Shown: positions 17,267 through 27,476 of the stretch, one piece after another
Numbering within the stretch: the stretch's first letter is position 1
How the letters are laid out: each line of letters begins with the position of its first letter
From: an uncultured Solirubrobacterales bacterium
GTDB taxonomy: Bacteria; Actinomycetota; Thermoleophilia; Solirubrobacterales; Solirubrobacteraceae
Assembly (NCBI GenBank): GCA_963725925.1
Contig: CAVSAY010000016.1
Coordinates: 102,146-166,145 of the forward strand
Direction of reading: 5' to 3'
Length of the DNA: 64,000 nucleotides
Translations under genes and position numbers: made by a program
The notes under the pieces: generated by a model
Databases searched by the model: none
What the model was told of the DNA's origin: nothing
The model's input: only the letters and a program-made list of their open reading frames with translations

Positions 17267-18627
17267 GCCGGCCTGTGGTGAGCGTCGTGATGCCGTTCGC
17301 GGGGGACGGCGCGGCGGCTGCTGCCGCGATCGAGACGCTGCTCGCGCTCGACCTGCGTCCCGGAGACGAGCTGATCCTCGCCGACAACTCCGTGCTGCCC
17401 GTCGCCTCGACGGTTGCGACGGGAGCGGTCAAGGTCATACGCGCGATCGCCGAGCGCTCGCCGGCGCATGCTCGCAACGCCGGCGCCGCCATCGCGCACA
17501 ACGACTGGATCCTGTTCCTGGACTCCGATTGCCTGGTGCACCACGGGCTGCTCGACGCCTACTTCGCGCTGCCCGTCTCCGACGATGTCGGGGCGCTGGC
17601 GGGCGAGGTGCTCGCCGCGCCGGCGGGCGACACGCTGGCTGCGCGCTATGGCGCGGCTCGGGGGTTCCTGAGCCAGGAGGCGCACCTGCGCCATCCTTAC
17701 CGTCCGCGCGCCGTGGCCGCCAACCTCCTAGTCAGAGCCGCCGCGTTCGAGCAGGTCGGAGGCTTCTACGAGGGCGTTCGCGCGGGCGAGGACACCGACT
17801 TCAGCTGGCGCATCCAGGCCGCCGGATGGCGCCTCGAGCTGCGAACGGAAGCGAGCGTCGAGCACCGCTACCGGACCACGTTGAGGGATCTGCGCAGCCA
17901 ATGGCGCGGCTACGCGGCCGGCCGGGCGTGGCTCGCTCGCCGCTACGACGGCTTCGAGCCAGAGCCCGCCCTGCGCCGCGCATCGTCGCGAGCATGGCGC
18001 CGGGTTCGCCGGGCGCCCGGGGCGGACCGGCCCACGGCTCGAAGCCGGGAGCTCGTCGCCGCGCGCACCGGGCGGCTGGAGCGCGGGGGCTACGCGCTCC
18101 TGGACGCGCTCCTGTCCGCCGAGGAATTGGCGGGCTTTGCGCTCTCCAACCGGCCGATCCGGACTGCCACGCGCACACCTGCGCAGGTCGTGCTGGTCGC
18201 CGACCGCTTTCCGGCCCGGGGCGATCCGCTCGTCGAATTCGCGCAATCGTTGGGCGGCGCCCGCGTCGAGGCCGCGGCGCGCCCGGAGTCGCTGGATGCC
18301 GGGGTCACGCGCGAGCTGGCCGTCGAGTATCGGGAGGACGACGGCTTTGCGGCGCGCCTGGTGGCACTCGGCAGCCTGGCACTGACGCATCCGGTGCGGT
18401 GCGTGCTTGACCGCCTGCGGCGCGGGCCCGGCGAGCCCAAGCTGTGGGCGATCGCCCCCGCCGTCCGCCGGCTGGAGCACGAGCGCGACGCTCGCGTGCT
18501 CGCGCTGGGTGGTGCGGACACCCGCGCGACCGCTCGCCGCATCGCCAAGCTGGCCGGTCGCCCGCTCGACGCGGTCCCGCGCCAGGCCCGCCGCAGCGGG
18601 CCCTTGCATCCCGGCCGTCGCGGCTGA
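17263..18627 (+). CDS. Glycosyltransferase family 2 with additional C-terminal region
   Basis: VSVVMPF, ARNAGA, ILFLDSD (DxD), GGFYE, GEDTDFSWR. Confidence 0.85.
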   Translation: MSRPVVSVVMPFAGDGAAAAAAIETLLALDLRPGDELILADNSVLPVASTVATGAVKVIRAIAERSPAHARNAGAAIAHNDWILFLDSDCLVHHGLLDAYFALPVSDDVGALAGEVLAAPAGDTLAARYGAARGFLSQEAHLRHPYRPRAVAANLLVRAAAFEQVGGFYEGVRAGEDTDFSWRIQAAGWRLELRTEASVEHRYRTTLRDLRSQWRGYAAGRAWLARRYDGFEPEPALRRASSRAWRRVRRAPGADRPTARSRELVAARTGRLERGGYALLDALLSAEELAGFALSNRPIRTATRTPAQVVLVADRFPARGDPLVEFAQSLGGARVEAAARPESLDAGVTRELAVEYREDDGFAARLVALGSLALTHPVRCVLDRLRRGPGEPKLWAIAPAVRRLEHERDARVLALGGADTRATARRIAKLAGRPLDAVPRQARRSGPLHPGRRG

Positions 18628-19766
18628 TGCGCGTCCAAGTCGTCGACCCGTCGGCGTTCACGCCTCCCTATGACCACGCGCTGTCCGCGGCGCTGGCGCG
18701 CGCCGGCGCCGACGTCGAGCTGATCACCAGCCGCTTCGCCTACGGGTCGGTCGCCGCGCCCGACGGCTACGCGCTGCGTGAGCACTTCTACCGGCACGCG
18801 CGCGGAGCTGCGGGCAGCCGCGTACGGTCCTTGACCAAGTTCGCCGAGCACGTGCCCGACATGCTGCGCTACCGGCGGGTCGCCCGCGACGCGGACGTGG
18901 TCCATTTCCAATGGCTCGACGTGCAGTGGCTGGACCGTCTCCTGCTGCCCCGCGGGCCGCTCGTGCTCACCGCCCACGACCTGCTGCCCCGCGAGCCGCG
19001 CCCCGGCCAGGTCGCCGCGCAGCGGCGGCTGTATGACGCCGTCGATGCGCTCGTCGTGCACTCGGAGTACGGGCGCGGGCAGCTCGTGCGAGCGCTCGGC
19101 CTCGACGCGGGCAAGGTTCACGTGATCCACCATGGGGCGTTCGAGCACCTGGCGCGGCTGCCGTCGCAGCCGCTCGCGGCCGAGCTCGAGCAGGTCGCCG
19201 GCCCGGTCGTGTTGTTCTTCGGGCTGCTGCGCCCGTACAAGGGGGTTGACGTGCTGCTGGAGGCGTGGCGCGGGATGCCGGCGGGGGCCGAGCTGTGGAT
19301 CGTGGGACGCCCGCGAATGGACATCGCGCCGCTGCTCGCGAGCGCTCCCCCGGGTGTGCGGTTCATCTCGCGCTACGTCCCGGACGCCGAGCTCGCGTCC
19401 TACTTCCGCCGCGCCGACGTCGTCGTGCTCCCGTACTCGCGCACGGAGCGCTTCGACCAGTCCGGGGTGCTGGCGACGGCGCTGGCGTTCGCCAAGCCGG
19501 TGGTGCTCAGCGACGTGGGCGGCTTCGGCGAGGTCGCCGCGACCGGCGCCGGGGTGTTGGTGGAGCCCGGGGATGTTGGTTCGCTGGCGGCCGCGCTTGG
19601 TCGCCTGCTGGGCGACGAGGCCGAGCGCGCGCGGCTGGCGCAGGCGGCGCGGGAGGCTGCGGCCGGGCCGTATTCGTGGGACCAGGCCGCGCGCCGAACG
19701 CTCGACGTCTACCGCGGGCTGACGGGTGCGCGTGACGGCGCTGCGGCACAATCGGCGCCGTCGTGA
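18627..19766 (+). CDS. Glycosyltransferase family 4
   Basis: ATG overlaps the upstream TGA; FFGLLRPYKG, VVLPYSRTERFDQSGVLATALAFAKPVVLSDVGG. Confidence 0.9.
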   Translation: MRVQVVDPSAFTPPYDHALSAALARAGADVELITSRFAYGSVAAPDGYALREHFYRHARGAAGSRVRSLTKFAEHVPDMLRYRRVARDADVVHFQWLDVQWLDRLLLPRGPLVLTAHDLLPREPRPGQVAAQRRLYDAVDALVVHSEYGRGQLVRALGLDAGKVHVIHHGAFEHLARLPSQPLAAELEQVAGPVVLFFGLLRPYKGVDVLLEAWRGMPAGAELWIVGRPRMDIAPLLASAPPGVRFISRYVPDAELASYFRRADVVVLPYSRTERFDQSGVLATALAFAKPVVLSDVGGFGEVAATGAGVLVEPGDVGSLAAALGRLLGDEAERARLAQAAREAAAGPYSWDQAARRTLDVYRGLTGARDGAAAQSAPS

Positions 19767-20908
19767 CCGCGCTTGCGATCGTCTTCTGGATCTCGGTCGG
19801 CCTGGTGCTCTACGCCCACGCCGGCTATTTCCTGCTGCTCTGGGTCGTTGATCGGCTGCGGCCCGGGCGGCGTGCGGCGACGCGCGCGTCGGCGGGAGCC
19901 GAGATCGGCGAGCTCCCCGCGGTGTCTGTGATCGTCGCCGCCTATGCGGAGGCCGAGGTGATCGCGCGCCGTCTCTCCAACCTCCGCGCGCTCGACTATC
20001 CGCCGGCGCTGCTCGAAGTGATCGTCGCCTGCGACGGGTCGCCCGACGACACGGCCCAGCGCGCCCGCGACGCCGGCGCCGACGTCGTGCTGGAGCTTCC
20101 GCGAGGCGGCAAGATCCGCGCCCAGGACGCGGCCGTGAAGCGCTCGCAACGCGAGATCGTGGCGTTCTCCGACGCAAACGTGCAATGGGAGCCGGCCGCG
20201 CTGCGGCGGCTGGTCGCGCCGTTCACCGATCCACGGGTCGGTTACGTTTGCGGGGATGTCAGCTTCGTCAACGAGCGCGGGACCAACCAGGAGGGCGTGT
20301 ACTGGCGCTACGAGATGGCGCTGCGTTCCCTGGAGTCCCGGGTCCGCTCGGTGACGGGCGGCAACGGCGCGATCTACGCCACCCGGCGGGAGGCGTACCT
20401 GTTCGTCGACCCGATCATGGGCCACGACCTGTCGTTCCCGTTCAACATGGTCAAGCACGGGTGGCGGGCGGTGTACGCATCGGACGCGCACGCGAGCGAG
20501 AAGATGGTTCCGACGATCGAGGGCGAGTTCGCGCGCAAGCGCCGGATGAGCAGTCACATGTGGCCGATCGTGCTGCGCGGCGGGATGCTGTCGCCGCGGG
20601 GATACGACCTGGTCTACGCGCTGATGATCTTCTCGCACCGGATCGTCCGCTACCTCACGCCGTTCCTGCACGTGATCGCGTTCGTCGCGAACATCCTGCT
20701 GCTCGGCCAGGGGTGGGTCTACGCCGTGGCGCTCGCGCTCCAGGTGGCGATCCTGCTCGCGGCCGTCGTCGCGCCGCTGGTGCGCGCGAGACCTTTCTTG
20801 ATCGCGCGCTACTACGTGCTCACGACCGCGTCGCTGGCGGCGGGATTGTGGGACTGGCTGCGCAGCGGCACGGCGGCCGGCTGGGAGCCGGCGGAGGGGA
20901 CTCGGTGA
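19763..20908 (+). CDS. Glycosyltransferase family 2 (CesA-like, membrane)
   Basis: VSVIVAAYAE, DGSPD, GKIRAQ, FSDAN, GGNGAIYA; C-terminal TM helices. Confidence 0.88.
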   Translation: MTALAIVFWISVGLVLYAHAGYFLLLWVVDRLRPGRRAATRASAGAEIGELPAVSVIVAAYAEAEVIARRLSNLRALDYPPALLEVIVACDGSPDDTAQRARDAGADVVLELPRGGKIRAQDAAVKRSQREIVAFSDANVQWEPAALRRLVAPFTDPRVGYVCGDVSFVNERGTNQEGVYWRYEMALRSLESRVRSVTGGNGAIYATRREAYLFVDPIMGHDLSFPFNMVKHGWRAVYASDAHASEKMVPTIEGEFARKRRMSSHMWPIVLRGGMLSPRGYDLVYALMIFSHRIVRYLTPFLHVIAFVANILLLGQGWVYAVALALQVAILLAAVVAPLVRARPFLIARYYVLTTASLAAGLWDWLRSGTAAGWEPAEGTR

Positions 20909-21513
20909 GGGCTGTCGATGCGCTGGTCCGGCGTGCGCTGGACCTGGTGATCGCGGGTGCCGTATGCGCGGTGACGGCGCCGGTGGTGGCTCTGCTGGCG
21001 CTGGTGGTGCGCCTGGAGTCCCGCGGCCATCCGATCTACACCCAGACGCGCGTCGGCAAGGACGGCGCGCTGTTTGAGATCTACAAGCTGCGGACGATGG
21101 TTCACGGCGCCGAGTTCACCGGCGCGGGCCTCGCGATCCACGAGGGCGACGACCGGATCACCCGGCTCGGCAGATTCCTGCGCCGCTACTCGCTCGACGA
21201 GCTGCCGAACCTGTGGAACGTGCTGCGCGGCGAGATGTCGATCATCGGCCCGCGGCCGACGCTGCAGGTCCAGGTAGACCAGTACACCGAGCGCGAGCGC
21301 GGCCGGCTCGCGGTCAAGCCCGGGATCACCGGGTGGGCGCAGGTCAACGGCCGCGCGTCGCTGCCGTGGTCTGAGCGGATCGAGCTCGACCTCTGGTACG
21401 TCGAGCACCGCACGCTCGCGCTCGACTTCGAGATCCTGGTGCGCACCGTGCGGATGGTCGTCACCGGGCAGGGCCTGTACAAGGGAGAGACCGGCGGATG
21501 GCGTCCGACGTAG
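20905..21513 (+). CDS. Bacterial sugar (phosphoglycosyl) transferase, initiating enzyme
   Basis: YKLRTM, DDRITRLGRFLRRYSLDELPNLWNVLRGEMSIIGPRP, KPGITGWAQVNGR. Confidence 0.93.
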   Translation: MRAVDALVRRALDLVIAGAVCAVTAPVVALLALVVRLESRGHPIYTQTRVGKDGALFEIYKLRTMVHGAEFTGAGLAIHEGDDRITRLGRFLRRYSLDELPNLWNVLRGEMSIIGPRPTLQVQVDQYTERERGRLAVKPGITGWAQVNGRASLPWSERIELDLWYVEHRTLALDFEILVRTVRMVVTGQGLYKGETGGWRPT

Positions 21514-23063
21514 GCGTCCTGCTGACAGGCGTCGGCAAGCGCTACGACATCGTCTCGGCCTTTGCCCAGCACGCCACCGTCGTCGCGGCCGATCCGAACC
21601 CGCTCGCGCCGGCGCAGTACGCCGCGCACTACCGGCGTGCCGTGCCGCGGATCGACGACCCCGGTTACGTCCCCGCGCTGCGGGCCCTGTGTGAGGAGTT
21701 CGACGTCGGCGCCGTCGTGCCGCTCACCGACCTCGACATCGAGGTGCTCGCCCATGCGCGTGCGGCGGGTGAACTGCCCGCGTTCGTCCCCGACCCGGAG
21801 ATCGCGCGCGCCACGTTTGACAAGTACGAGGCCCACCTGCTGCTCGAGCAGCTCGGGCTGCCGTCGCCGCCGACGGTGCTGCCGGGCGAGCCGGTGCCGT
21901 ACTTCCCGGTGATGGTCAAGCCGCGCCAGGGCTCGGGCGCCCGCTCGATCCACCGCGCCGAGGATGTGGCCGGGACGGCGTTCATGGTGCGGTACATCAA
22001 CGAGCCCGCGATGGTCCAGAAGCTGATGGACGGGCCGGAGTTCTCGATCGACGCGCTGTCGGATCTCGACGGCCGCTGCCTCAACGCGATCCCGCGCACG
22101 ATGATCGAGTCGCGTGGCGGCGAGTCGATCAAGGGCACCGTGATCGACGATCCGGAGCTGATCGAGCTCGGCCGCCGCGTGGTCGAGGCGCTCGGCGTCC
22201 GTGGCCCGTGCACCGTTCAGGTGTTCCGCGACAGCGACGTCGGGCTCGGGATCACCGACGTCAACACGCGCTTCGGCGGCGCGTTCCCGGCGCCGATGTA
22301 CGCCGCGCTGCCGGGCCGGACGTATCCCGAGCTGATCGTCGCGATGGCGCGCGGCGAGCGGATCGAGCCGCACGTCGGCGAGTTCCGGGCCGGGGTCACG
22401 TTCACGCGCTACTTCTGGCAGCTCGAGCTCGACTCCGAGCTGCAGCCGACCGGGCGCGACATCGTCAGCCCGCCCGGTCCGCCGCCGCCCCGGGGCCCGC
22501 TGAGCGTCAATCCGCTCGGCGACCGGGCGCAGCTGTCGGATGGGGTGTCGCTGCGCGTCGTGGGACTCGAGGACGCGAGCGAGCTGCACGGTTTGATCGA
22601 GGCCAATCGCGAGCACCTCGCGCGGTTCATGCCGTGGGCCGCCGAGCAGACGATCGCCGACACCCGGGCGTTCCTCGACGCAAAGCGCGTGCAGCTGGCG
22701 TCCAACGACGGGTTTGAGTGCGCGATCGTCAGGGACGGCCGGATCATCGGAATGGTCGGCTTCCACGCCGTCAACTGGCGAGACCGGTCGACCACGATCG
22801 GCTACTGGCTCGCGGCCGGCGAACAGGGCCGTGGCGTCATGACCGCAGCGGTGCGCGCGATGGTCGACCACGCCTTCCGCTCGATGGGCCTGCGCCGCGT
22901 GGTGATCACCGCGGCGGTCCACAACGATCGCAGTCGCGCGATCCCGCAGCGGCTGGGGTTCGTGCAGGAGGGGACGCTCCGCCAGGCGGTGCGGGTCGGC
23001 GACCAGTACTTCGACGACGCCGTCTACGCGATGCTCGCCGAGGACTGGCTAGGGCAGCGCTAA
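21498..23063 (+). CDS. ATP-grasp protein fused to a RimL-like GNAT acetyltransferase
   Basis: ATP-grasp: DKYEAH, VMVKPRQGSGA, EFSID, DVNTRFGG. After a Pro-rich linker, GNAT: IGYWLAAGEQGRG, NDRSRAIPQRLGF. Confidence 0.8.
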   Translation: MASDVGVLLTGVGKRYDIVSAFAQHATVVAADPNPLAPAQYAAHYRRAVPRIDDPGYVPALRALCEEFDVGAVVPLTDLDIEVLAHARAAGELPAFVPDPEIARATFDKYEAHLLLEQLGLPSPPTVLPGEPVPYFPVMVKPRQGSGARSIHRAEDVAGTAFMVRYINEPAMVQKLMDGPEFSIDALSDLDGRCLNAIPRTMIESRGGESIKGTVIDDPELIELGRRVVEALGVRGPCTVQVFRDSDVGLGITDVNTRFGGAFPAPMYAALPGRTYPELIVAMARGERIEPHVGEFRAGVTFTRYFWQLELDSELQPTGRDIVSPPGPPPPRGPLSVNPLGDRAQLSDGVSLRVVGLEDASELHGLIEANREHLARFMPWAAEQTIADTRAFLDAKRVQLASNDGFECAIVRDGRIIGMVGFHAVNWRDRSTTIGYWLAAGEQGRGVMTAAVRAMVDHAFRSMGLRRVVITAAVHNDRSRAIPQRLGFVQEGTLRQAVRVGDQYFDDAVYAMLAEDWLGQR

Positions 23064-23914
23064 GCGCTGGCGGCCGTTGCGGCGGACGCGGCCGGCTCCT
23101 CGCGCCAGCACTCGCCGATGAACTCCGCGATCCGCGCGGTCAGGCGCTCAGGGCGCATGCGCAGCTCGAACAGCGAGTTGGCGTCGATCAGCCGGCCGTT
23201 GGGAAGCTCGTGGGCGAGCATGTCGGCATCGGAGAAGGGGTGAACCGGATCGCGGGGATGACCGATCACGAGTGCCGGCGGGGTGAGCGTCTGGCGGACG
23301 GTGCGCTCCGGCGCCGTGCGCCCGAACAGAATTCCCTGCAAAACAGCCCCGCTGGGCCCGGGTTCCTGCGACAGCCAGTCCAGCACGATCTCCGCCAGCC
23401 CCGGGACCACCTGGCGCGGGACCGCGCGGGTCACGCGTGCCACTTGGCGCATGCCCGGCTCGCCGAACGTCAGCGCAAACAACAGCGGCGTGAACGCCAC
23501 CGCGCACGCCGGGATCGCGTTGTCCAGCGCCGGCATCTCGAGCAACATGCCGCGCACTCGCTCGGGCGCGATCGAGGCGACCTCGAGCGTGATGTTGGCG
23601 CCCAGCGAGGTGCCGCCGATCACGGCCTGTTCGAGCTCGAGATGGTCGAGCAGCGCGACGGTCTGCAGCGCGAACGCCGGGATCGAGTAGCGCCACATCT
23701 CGCGCGGACGGTCCGATTCTCCGTGGCCGAGCGGGTCAAACGTGATCACCCGGCTTCCGCGCCTGGCCAGGTCTCGCGCCAGCCGCCGCTGCATCTTCTG
23801 AGACAGCAGCAGCCCCGGCATCAGGACCGTGGCGCGCGGGCCATCGCCCCGGATCGTGTAGGCGAGCCGCTGCCCGTCGTAGCGGAAAGACGCCATCGAT
23901 TCGAGGATATCCAC
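23060..23914 (-). CDS. Alpha/beta hydrolase
   Basis: FDPLGHGES, GGTSLG nucleophile elbow, DPVHP. Confidence 0.85.
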   Translation of the reverse strand: MDILESMASFRYDGQRLAYTIRGDGPRATVLMPGLLLSQKMQRRLARDLARRGSRVITFDPLGHGESDRPREMWRYSIPAFALQTVALLDHLELEQAVIGGTSLGANITLEVASIAPERVRGMLLEMPALDNAIPACAVAFTPLLFALTFGEPGMRQVARVTRAVPRQVVPGLAEIVLDWLSQEPGPSGAVLQGILFGRTAPERTVRQTLTPPALVIGHPRDPVHPFSDADMLAHELPNGRLIDANSLFELRMRPERLTARIAEFIGECWREEPAASAATAASA

Positions 23915-24029
23915 GGGCCGGGCGGCACGACCCCAGATGAACGGCCCAGTACGATTGCTCTGTCCGCCGCCGGCCAGGGATGGCGGGCGGCGCTGCTGAC
24001 TTCAAAGGACTGACGAGGAGGACTGCTTC

Positions 24030-24956
24030 ATGGCGAAAGCCCCACGATCGCTCGCGGGCGACGTCGTCGCAATCACCGGTGGTGCACGCGGCATCGGTCG
24101 CGCCACCGCGGCGGCGCTGATCGCTCAGGGAGCTCGCGTCGCGATCGGCGACATCGACGCCGCGCTGGCCGAGCGCACCGCCCAGGAGCTGGGATCGGGC
24201 ACCGTCGGCCTGCCGCTCGATGTGACGAACCGCACGAGCTTCGCGACCTTCCTCGACGAGGTAGAGAACCGCCTGGGCGCGCTCGACGTCCTCATCAACA
24301 ACGCCGGGATCATGCCGATCGGATCGTTCGCGCAGGAGAGCGACGCGACCGCGATCCGGATGATCGACATCAACCTCCACGGCGTGATCTACGGATCCAA
24401 GCTGGCGCTCGAGCGCTTCATCCCGCGAAACCGCGGCCACCTCGTCCAGATCGCCTCGATCGCGGGCAAGATGGGCTTCCCGGGCGGAGCCACGTACTGC
24501 GCGAGCAAGCACGCGGTCGTCGGCCTCAGCGAGTCGATCCGCGCCGAGCTGCAGGGCACCAACATCGGGCTCAGCGTCGTCATGCCCGTCGTCGTCAACA
24601 CCGAGCTCGGCTCGGGGCTGGCGCAGACCCGGGGCTTCAAGCCGGTCCAGCCCGAGGACGTGGCCAACGCGATCGTCGAGGCCCTCCAGACCGGCCGCTT
24701 CGAGGTCTACGTGCCCAAGTCGATCGGCTCGATGGTCCGCCTCGCGGCGCTGACGCCCCGAAAGGCCATGGAGGCCGTTGGGCGCATGTTCAAGGGCGAC
24801 CAGGTCCTCGCGCACCCCGACCACCAGGCCCGGGCGGCCTACGAGTCGCGGATGGCCGAGACGATCGCCAAGGCCCAGACGCCTTCGGTGCCGGCCTCGC
24901 CCGGACCTGTCGCCGGGCTGGACGCCGAGGCCGAGGTCGAGACAGAGGCGGCTTAG
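24030..24956 (+). CDS. Short-chain dehydrogenase/reductase
   Basis: TGGARGIG, NNAG, YCASK; RBS GAGGAG upstream. Confidence 0.92.
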   Translation: MAKAPRSLAGDVVAITGGARGIGRATAAALIAQGARVAIGDIDAALAERTAQELGSGTVGLPLDVTNRTSFATFLDEVENRLGALDVLINNAGIMPIGSFAQESDATAIRMIDINLHGVIYGSKLALERFIPRNRGHLVQIASIAGKMGFPGGATYCASKHAVVGLSESIRAELQGTNIGLSVVMPVVVNTELGSGLAQTRGFKPVQPEDVANAIVEALQTGRFEVYVPKSIGSMVRLAALTPRKAMEAVGRMFKGDQVLAHPDHQARAAYESRMAETIAKAQTPSVPASPGPVAGLDAEAEVETEAA

Positions 24957-25832
24957 GCGCTCAGCCAGCCGGCGATCAGCTCGCCGATCTGCGGTCCCGC
25001 ATCCTCCTGCAGGAAGTGGCTCGCGTCGGCGATCACGTGATCGATCTCGGTGCCCAGCGCTGCGGCGAACCGCTGTCCGGTCTCGAGCGGCAGCACCGGG
25101 TCTGAGTCCGCCCACAGAAACAGCTTCGGCCGCGTGTCGCCGCGCAGCGCCTCGAGCACGCGCTGCCCGGCGGCCGCGCCGGGCATGTCGGGGGAGATCG
25201 GCAGGATCAGCGGAAACGCGCGGGCGCCGGCCTTGGACGCAGCGCTCGGGTACGGCGCCTCATAGCCGGCGATCACCTCGTCGCCGGGGTCGTTCTTGCA
25301 GGCGCGGCGGACCAGCAGCCCGACCGGCAGGTCCTCCGTGCGCTCGCACGAAATTGCGGAATGCCATCCACGCCTCGTTCATGTGCTGGTGGCCGGTGAA
25401 CAGGCCCGTGTCGAGCGCGACGATGCGGTCGACGCGGTCGGCCATCTCGACCGCCACCCGCAGCCCGATCGCGCCGCCCCAGTCGTGGACGACGACGGTG
25501 GCGCCGCGCAGGTCGAGCTCCTCGAACAGCGCCAGCATCGCCTCCGTGTGGCGGTCGTAGCTGTACCAGCCGACGTCCAGCGGCTTGTCCGAGCGCCCGA
25601 AGCCGGGCAGGTCCGGAGCGATGCACCGGTAGCCGGCGTCGCGCACCGGCGGCAGCACCTTGCGCCACAGAAACGACCACGTCGGCTCGCCGTGGAAGAA
25701 CACGACCGGGGCACCGTCGCCCTCGTCGAGGTGGGCGAGCCGCAGGCCCTCGTGCTCGCGGTAGGACGACTGAAACGGGAAGTCGGGAAGCCCCTCGAGC
25801 AGCTCGTCGGGGGTGCGTGCGGCGTCGGTCAT
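24953..25832 (-). pseudogene. Haloalkane dehalogenase-like alpha/beta hydrolase, frameshifted at ~25347 (possible sequencing error)
   Basis: HGEPTWSFLWRK, APDLPGFGRSDKP and VVHDWGG in one frame; YEAPYP..KAGARAFP, ASHFLQED in another. Removing one base restores FVERTEDLPVG. Confidence 0.85.
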
Positions 25833-25870
25833 CGGCGCAACCTACCAGCGCCCGGTCCAGTGCACTGGCA

Positions 25871-27322
25871 CTACGGCCCGTCCACGATCGCATGCGCGGC
25901 GTCGGACGCCACCGTCACCTCGATCACGCTCGAGAAGCGCTCCCACGCGATCAGGTTCAGCGCCTGGAGCCGATCGAGCATCGCCTGGAACGCGAGCGCC
26001 TGCGAGCGGCGGACGTAGCGGCGCGCGATCGTGAACGTGTAGCCCGTCGTCGGAGACGAGTCGCCGTCTCCGAGCTGCTGCTGGTAGCGCCCGTCGGTCA
26101 CCGTGCTGTCGACGAGCAGCGGCGCGGCGCCGCCCGACAGCGCTCGGACGCGAGCCGCAAGCTCGATCAGCATGTCGAGCGCGGGCGTGCGCAGCCCGCG
26201 GTAGGCGGCCGGGCTCGCGCCGACGCTCTTGGCCAGCGAGCCCATGTTCCGCGAATAGGCCAGGCCGAGGGCGCGGGCGTTGGAGGGCAACGGCAGCAGC
26301 TGCTTGCCGGCGTAGGCGTGATAGAGCGCGTCGGGGGTCGCGAACGAGCTCGTGGCGTCGGGCGGGTGGAGCACCTCGGCGGCCGAGTCGGTGCTCGTCT
26401 GCAGCGAGGTCAGGCGCTTCAGCACGGTCTGGTCGGACCGGTACAGGCGCATGATCTGCGCCGCGCCGAGGATCCGCCAGTAGTACAGCGAGGAGTCGTC
26501 GCCGAATCCCGACAGCGTGTTGAACGCCGCCGAGTGGTGGTCGGGAGCGGTGTCGAAGTAGAGCTGGACGTACGGCACCGCGTGGCCGCCGTCGTACTCG
26601 TCGAGCACGTGCTGCAGGTTCCCGATCCCCATGTGGTAGGACTCGATCGCCAGATCGGGACGTCCGAAGCGCTGCTGGGCGAGGCGCAGGTAGCGCACCG
26701 TCGCGGCGAGCGCGAGGCGCTCGTTGAAGCGATCGTCGATCTTGGCGCGCCGGCCCTGCAGCCGGGTCATCTTGCCGAGCTGGCCGTTCCCCGCGGCGGC
26801 TGTGATCTGGGCCGTCAGCTTCCGGCTGCGGGCCAGGTCGATGTGCATCCCGAGCAGCGACTGGCCGGTCTGCGCGAGGATCTGAGTGATCCCGGCGGCG
26901 TCGGCGGCGTCGTTGCCGGCGATCACGTTGTTGCGGCCCGCGCTCTCGACGAACACGAGCGCCTCGACCATGTTCGGGTCCACGCCGCTGCCGGCCGTGG
27001 CGGCGTTGATCAGCGGCCTCAGCGCGGCCACCCGGGCCGCCGTCGCCAGCACGCCGCCGGGGCTCTTGGTGAACAGCACGTGCGCGCTGCCGGCCACCGC
27101 GCGAGCCTCGAAGTCGGCCTGGCGCGAGGACACGTAAGCGAACGGATCGCCGGACTTGGGCGGACGGCCGACCCCCGGCAGCGGCAGCCGCGGGCGACCG
27201 CCACCGCTGGTGACGGCGACGATCACGACGATCGCAAGCACAACGCCGGCGACCGCGAGCGCCAGGCGCCTGCGGCGAACCTGCGCCGCGCTGCGGCTGA
27301 CCCGCGGCGGTGCATAAGCCAT
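25871..27322 (-). CDS. Membrane-anchored protein with SLT lytic-transglycosylase-like domain and a C-terminal DUF5715-like domain
   Basis: TM after an Arg-rich N-terminus; ALVFVESAG, AAGITQI and IESYHMG resemble the SLT motifs. The C-terminal assignment is from recalled family pattern only. Confidence 0.6.
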   Translation of the reverse strand: MAYAPPRVSRSAAQVRRRRLALAVAGVVLAIVVIVAVTSGGGRPRLPLPGVGRPPKSGDPFAYVSSRQADFEARAVAGSAHVLFTKSPGGVLATAARVAALRPLINAATAGSGVDPNMVEALVFVESAGRNNVIAGNDAADAAGITQILAQTGQSLLGMHIDLARSRKLTAQITAAAGNGQLGKMTRLQGRRAKIDDRFNERLALAATVRYLRLAQQRFGRPDLAIESYHMGIGNLQHVLDEYDGGHAVPYVQLYFDTAPDHHSAAFNTLSGFGDDSSLYYWRILGAAQIMRLYRSDQTVLKRLTSLQTSTDSAAEVLHPPDATSSFATPDALYHAYAGKQLLPLPSNARALGLAYSRNMGSLAKSVGASPAAYRGLRTPALDMLIELAARVRALSGGAAPLLVDSTVTDGRYQQQLGDGDSSPTTGYTFTIARRYVRRSQALAFQAMLDRLQALNLIAWERFSSVIEVTVASDAAHAIVDGP

Positions 27323-27346
27323 CGCCGTCAAACCTTAGGGCCCGGA

Positions 27347-27476
27347 GCGGAATGAGTCGGCGTTTGAGTCCTTCGATGAGCGGCGCGGACGCTTCGTCCT
27401 CGGATGCTCGCGCAGCGCTGCTGCGCCACGCATCCTGCGTCCTCGCTCCGCTTGCTCCTCGAAGCCCTCATTCCGC
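27347..27476. repeat. 130-bp imperfect hairpin in the divergent intergenic region
   Basis: GCGGAATGAG ... CTCATTCCGC terminal stem, inner CTTCGA/TCGAAG, GGACGC/GCGTCC and GGATGC/GCATCC stems. Confidence 0.7.
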
